DNA of 64,000 bases, taken from NCBI GenBank assembly GCA_030704615.1, contig CM060732.1, forward strand, positions 15,686,001 to 15,750,000, given 5' to 3'. Of this stretch, positions 58,541-64,000 are shown piece after piece (within the stretch, counting starts at the first letter, position 1; each line of letters starts with the position of its first letter). Source of the DNA: Takakia lepidozioides (lineage: Eukaryota > Plantae > Bryophyta). Below the pieces are notes generated by a model. It saw only the letters and a list, made by a program, of their open reading frames with translations. It searched no databases and was not told the origin of the DNA. Position numbers and translations under genes: made by a program.

Positions 58541-61500
58541 AAATGAAGAGAGTGAGAGGAATGGAGGAAATCAGGGTGAAGAGCACCACAATTCTGCAGA
58601 AACAAACGATTGCTACCCCACAGGCGATACAGATACTGGAGGAGCTGAGATTGCAAGGATTGCAAAGCCTAGATTGGACATTACACCATAGACAGTACAT
58701 GTTACAATTTTTGCAGAACTTTGAGCCAAGGACAGGAACAACAACGGTGAAGGGAGTTGAATTGATGATTACTCCCCTATACCTCCAGCAATTGTTTCGA
58801 TTGTCAGCAGGTCAGGTGCATGTGGAGGAACATAGGGCAAGACTGCAAATAGGGGACTTATTCCAAGAAGGGAGTTTCTTTAAAACTCAGGGTTATGCTT
58901 GTACCAAGGCTGTGTACCCAGGGCTAAAAGAGGTAGGCCAATTATTGAACGTTCTGATTGCCATGAAATAGAACCAACAGTATTTGAGCAGATCCTTCAC
59001 GGAGGAAATACTCAAAGGCCTGAAGGGACAAGAGGTACAATGGGCGGACATAATGTACAACGTACTGGTGGAGGAGATGAAAAGATTACAAGGTACTACC
59101 GCAAAGTCTCCTATCATAGTGTCTGGCCCAATCATTGCTCAAATAATCCTTGATTCTGGCATACTTGATGCGCAAGAAAGAAAGGAAATGGGAGTGTTTG
59201 AACCAGAAACCACTGCAATGGAAGAGCAAGGCTCTTCACACAGTGAGGGTGGACTAGCAGGGCAACCCGAGACTAAGAGGCAGAGACGGGGAAAGACTGT
59301 AGTGGCGGATCCACTGGCTTCACGGATTCCGCATGATAATGTTTCCCAAGCTCATGTGCAGGAAGGGGCACAGCAGCACAGAGAAATGCTATTACTGGAA
59401 GCAGGACCTTCAGAGAGGGAGGAGGAAGTTACTTTTGTATCACAACCATCACAGCCAGCTGATCGACTTGTCACAAGGTCACAAGTTGTCCATGCAGCTC
59501 AACCAGAAATAATTGATTTGGAAAGAGAAGGGTTAGATATTCCAACTACAGAACAGATAGTGGCAGAAATGGAGAAGGGGGACCTTCTCTATGAATATTC
59601 TGGTCCGGTCAAGGAGACAGAGATCCCAGAGATGCAACAGTTGCCCAAGGGAAATCCTGAGGTGCATATAATACACACACCTGTGTCGGAGGTACCACAG
59701 GCGGAAGGTCATGATACTGTAGCACCGGTGATAGATGAAGTGGTTCAGGAAGAAAATCCGGTGGGACAATGGCCTGAATGGTTCGTGAGACATCACACTG
59801 TTGAGGATCAGGAGGAACAGCAGCAACCTCACCATGATGACCCTCAACAGGCAATGCTGATGAGTTCCATAGGCAGGACACTTAATTTGTTGGGGACTTA
59901 TGTCAAATCCCATGTTCCAACTACCCAATTGACAGCCTTGAGAGAGGAACTCAGGAAGGAGTTCGAGGCTCGACTAGCCACTGAGTGTGCAAACAAGGTC
60001 GATGAAGAGGTCACTCTCAAGATGCAGCAGGACTTGGGAAATACAGAAGCGGCTTTGCAATTGGCCAAGGAACAATTGATTGAGGCAGGCCTCGCGCAAG
60101 ACCAGTTGCATGAAGCACATAAGCAACAGCTCTACCAAATGCAGGTGCAGCATGAAAGCAAGTTGCAAGAAGTGAATGCACTACATACGGAGTTGCAGAC
60201 AGTGCATGACAGGATGGCGATACAATGTGCTACATTCACAACTATGCTTGAACAATCTACAAAAGAAATAAACAGTCAAGCGGAAAAATGTACGAAGCAG
60301 AAGAGGAGAATGTTGAGCAATTGAAACTCATTGTCGATATGAAGAATACAATCTGTCGCAATGAGGATGCTTTCAAGCAATACAGGCAGGTTGAAGCTGA
60401 TCAAGAGAAGCACATTGTGGAGTTGCACCAAACGATCATGGCCAATAGAAATGAAATCGCGGTCAATAACAAGGCTTGGAGGGAAGCTAATAATCTGGCT
60501 GCTGCCTATGCAAAGTTGGTTGAACCTCAGGCGAAGCGCATGGAGGCTTTACAACAGCAGTTAGAAGTGTACAAGCTAGAGAGGAGCAAACTCTCAGGGG
60601 AACCACAAGCAACTTGGTGGATAACAGCCTTATGCAGGTCTGGTTAGCACAAGGGCCATTAGAGGGCAAAGCACCACGAAAGCTCACCCAAAGCGAGATG
60701 AATGAGCTCAGGCTGCAGGTGCAAAACATTGCCACAACTACTATAGACAATGTCTATAGTAGGATAGCAGAGTTACAAGAGGATGTAGACGGACTGCAGA
60801 CTCAAGTGGAGGACCTCACTTCAAACATCGACAAAAGAGTCTATATCCCTCAGGAACAGCTAATGGCTTCTTATTTACAAGCCAGAACTTTGCTTTTCAG
60901 TCTTCACAGGAGGTGCAGGAGATGCCAATGATACAAGAGCCAGTACCACCACCACCACAACAAGTCACTGTACCAGTAGCTGAACTTGTGGTTACTACAA
61001 CCACACCACAGCCACCACAGCCTGAGGTATGGGGCAATGCAGCTTTTAACCCACCTAAAACTCCAGCTGCAAAGGAGTACAGTAGGGCTATGATTATGCC
61101 CTTCAACCAAATTCCCATCATGTTGGATTTGGCTTGGAAAGAATTTAGTCCTCCGCAGTCATTCGCACATTACTACCAAATCATGCGCATCTGGCTGCCA
61201 GTGGCAACTAGGACTAAAGTTCTTCCGAACAATCGATCAATTGAGGATCATCACTTTGCACAGTACTGGCACGAGGCAGGTACTATGTTGAGGGAATTAA
61301 TTGCTTTCCAGGTTGTACATGGACTCATTTATACCAAGGAGGTAGCAAGTATTGTCATGGGATGCGGGTTATACTACGCTGCTTGTTTTCTGGTACGTTA
61401 CCACATTGAGCAACAAAAGATGCAAACACGCTTTCTGAGTTATTCCAGTGGAGATCAATGGGTATTACCTTCGGTGCCACCTCATATGTACTTATATGAC

Positions 61501-62085
61501 CCAAAAGTTATGATGCAAAAGGATTCTCAAATTCGTTCATGGTTTCAAGCGGCCTGGAACAATTTGTCAACACAGAAATTCGGCATTGATGATATTTTCT
61601 ATAAGGGACATGTGGCATGGAAATACTTGCACGCTGCACCAGTAATTGGTACCCCACTCACCTGGACAGACAAGGAGCTCAGTGTCTACACCAATTTTGC
61701 TGTTCAGCGGTTACACCAAGTTGTAAAATATAAACTTCCAGACATGGTAGGACAGCATTGTATGCCCCAGATGATTCCACAAAAAGTTCGAAAATTAAAA
61801 CACCTGAGAGGCGATGAGGATTCTGATACAACTGTTTCTACACCAAATTCTTTTGACATGGGAGAAGACTATGCAATTCAGATGGCGGAGAAGAAGCGAC
61901 GGGGGTCTCCTATGCCGGAAAGGTTACCTCGATATCAGCCTCCAAAGGGACTCACTTATCCAGGTAGTGACCAACCATCTCCGTCAACCAGAGACAGACC
62001 TAGGGCTCGTACACACAGTCCGCCAAGAAACTCTCAACGTCAAAAAGGTGCTCACTCACAAAGGTTTGCTAATCGAAATCAGTAA
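58541..62085 (+). pseudogene. Long accessory ORF after pol (env-position; coiled-coil rich), interrupted
   Basis: Four consecutive long frames (58420-58971, 58984-60324, 60288-60931, 60913-62085), conserved in the inverted copy at 45634-47320. Confidence 0.7.
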
Positions 62086-62123
62086 ACCGTGAGGACACGG
62101 CTTTTTGAGGGGGGAAAATGTAA

Positions 62124-63143
62124 TGTTAGAGGACTGTCTGGGACTTAGACACTTAAACGGGATCTGTAGGGTACCCTTAATTTTTGCACAGACTGAGACC
62201 AACAGGAGCCTTAGGGGTGACAGCAGCGCACTGTAGAGGGGGGTTACACAGCCCGTCACAGTCATCACAGCCGACACAGCCAAACACAGCCCGTCACAGT
62301 AGTCACAGCCGACACAGCCAACACAGCCCGTCACAGTCATCACAGCCGACACAGCCAACGCAGCCCGTTACAGTCGTCACAGCAGACACAGCCGACACAG
62401 CCCGTCACAGTCGTCACAGCCGACACAGCCATCACAGCCGACACAGCCCGACACAGCCACACAGCCAGTCACAGCCCGACACAGCCAAACACAGTCGCAC
62501 AGCCAATCACAGCTTGACACAGCTGTCACGATCATAGGGAACGGAGAGCAGACCGGGAACGACTGTGGGGAACAACACCTGCGAAGGGAACATGTTAGTT
62601 CACAGATGACGGTTAGTGAGGGAAACGGTTAGAACCACGGGTAGGAAGATAAAGGGAGAAGCGGGGAGATCATTCGGTGGAGGACTTCTTGGTCATCGAG
62701 GAGAGGGGATCGGGCAGAGATGAAGAACGGAAGTGAAGATAGAGAGATGATGAGTAGATGCTTGTTATATGCAAGGCTGTAATGATATTGTAGAGCAGAT
62801 TAGAGACACAATGGCTTCGGCCTGATACCTGATAAATCATAATCGGATACTTTTACGATACAATCACACTGTAGAGAGAGATCAGAGTGAAGCTGTGGTA
62901 TGAATGGATGAGTTGATGGAATCCAATAGATTGATAAAGCAAACTGATACTTAATTATCAATGGTAAGGTAGCTAACATGAATGCCAAAAGGGAAACAAA
63001 TAGGAAACACCCCCATGATACACTAGCTGTAGGTCATGACTGATTGTTCTGCGCGGGCTGGGTACTTAGAGATTTCCAACTCTTCTATCTTGGAGTTTCC
63101 GCCTCGAATAGCAAAGGGATGGATGAGTAAATGCCGCGCGACA
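62124..63143 (+). repeat. 3' LTR
   Basis: Follows the PPT; matches the 5' LTR. Confidence 0.92.
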
Positions 63144-63419
63144 GGTCCTTGTTGCAAGTGGAGCCGCCACGATGGTTTCTTCCCTCATCTATCTCTTGGA
63201 CTGGTGCTGCCCCTCCAATCCTCCTTCTCCTTGAGAGGATCCTTGCTCTTGGTGTACCATGCCAACTCTGATCAAAGATTTCTGTCAAATCTTTAACCCA
63301 GGGATGTACCTCAGATCTTTCCCCTCGTGGTTGATCTTCTTCCTGTACCAAGTCCCTTAACCTTTCTTGTAAAGAATAAGAAGGAGTGGCATCCAAATTA
63401 GGTTCTTCCGGTATCACCG

Positions 63420-64000
63420 AAGTCCATCCCCCCGGATGGAAATTCGGCGCCGCATTTACATCGAAGAGGGGATGGACTTCGTCGTGTCCAGTGGCTATCG
63501 GCCCACCTGGCAGTGAGTGCCCATAGTTTGCATGGCAGGGTAGGAAACTGAAACGGCTACATTCATGAAGCAGCCAATCTTCATCGGTCCAGGATCCTGT
63601 AGGGGGGAAATTTAAATGTGCCCTAGAGTGTTTGTGAGGAATTGCAGCGTTAGCTTGAACTTTTTCCAGCCACCGCGCTGCTCCTCCTCCATCCGGGAGC
63701 TGCTGTCATTGAGCGTACTCCGCTACTCTTTTTCAAGGATGCCGTGCCGCCGAAATCCAGCCGACTGCCCTTATCATGGCCACGATTATGCTATGTTCAA
63801 ACCAGAATCAGGAGACATCATTGTCTGGCTCTCTGTTTTCACAGACGCTGCTGGAATCAAGCAAGAGTCTTTGCGCGCAATGGAGTATCTGGAGGGCTAT
63901 TACCGCTTTGAGCGAGGTGAGGGCGAGGGTCAATGCGGTCCGTGGGTCCTGAAAATTGTTGACCTCGATATACCAACCTGGAAAGGGATGCCAGACAGAT
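63420..64000 (+). mobile_element. Further MULE-family fragment: palindrome motif plus cargo ORF homolog, running off the window
   Basis: GGATGGAAATTCGGCGCCG at ~63434; open frame homologous to 55660-55950. Confidence 0.7.

Larger units (their letters stand above)
47345..63143 (+). mobile_element. Non-chromovirus Ty3/gypsy (Tat/Athila/Ogre-like) LTR element, integrase deleted, MULE nested in pol
   Basis: LTRs 47345-48401 and 62124-63143 (TG...CA), TSD GGTCT/GGTCC, PBS TGGCGACCATACTGGGGACC at 48404, PPT GAGGGGGGAAAA ~62107; gag with three CCHC knuckles, protease LIDGGSG, RT FLDDFSV, RNase H ending at ~58395. Confidence 0.93.

Overview
Eukaryotic nuclear DNA, most consistent with a non-seed land plant (spliceosomal introns, PLS-class PPR debris, plant LTR lineages). 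All homology calls are from motif recognition by eye; no search was run. The first 11.7 kb holds two intact head-to-head genes for organellar RNA metabolism: a mitochondrial-type PNPase (2 exons) and an 11-exon RlmN-type radical-SAM RNA methyltransferase. The remaining ~52 kb is nested transposable-element (TE) sequence: Copia and L1 remnants, a chromovirus (5-bp TSD), a Dualen/RandI-like restriction-like-endonuclease (RLE) LINE (13-bp TSD), a CACTA-like repeat field, a self-nested Tat/Athila-like gypsy element and several pieces of a Mutator (MULE) family. Two points stand out. (1) The MULE family carries spliced genes with the complete motif order of a beta-class N4C/N6A DNA amino-methyltransferase (two divergent paralogs, both with LDIPDG at the DPPY position), next to arrays of a CpG-rich 28-bp palindrome; this is a candidate self-marking or anti-silencing module. 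(2) The RLE LINE encodes a chromodomain followed by a PCIF1/CAPAM-like N6-adenine methyltransferase fold.
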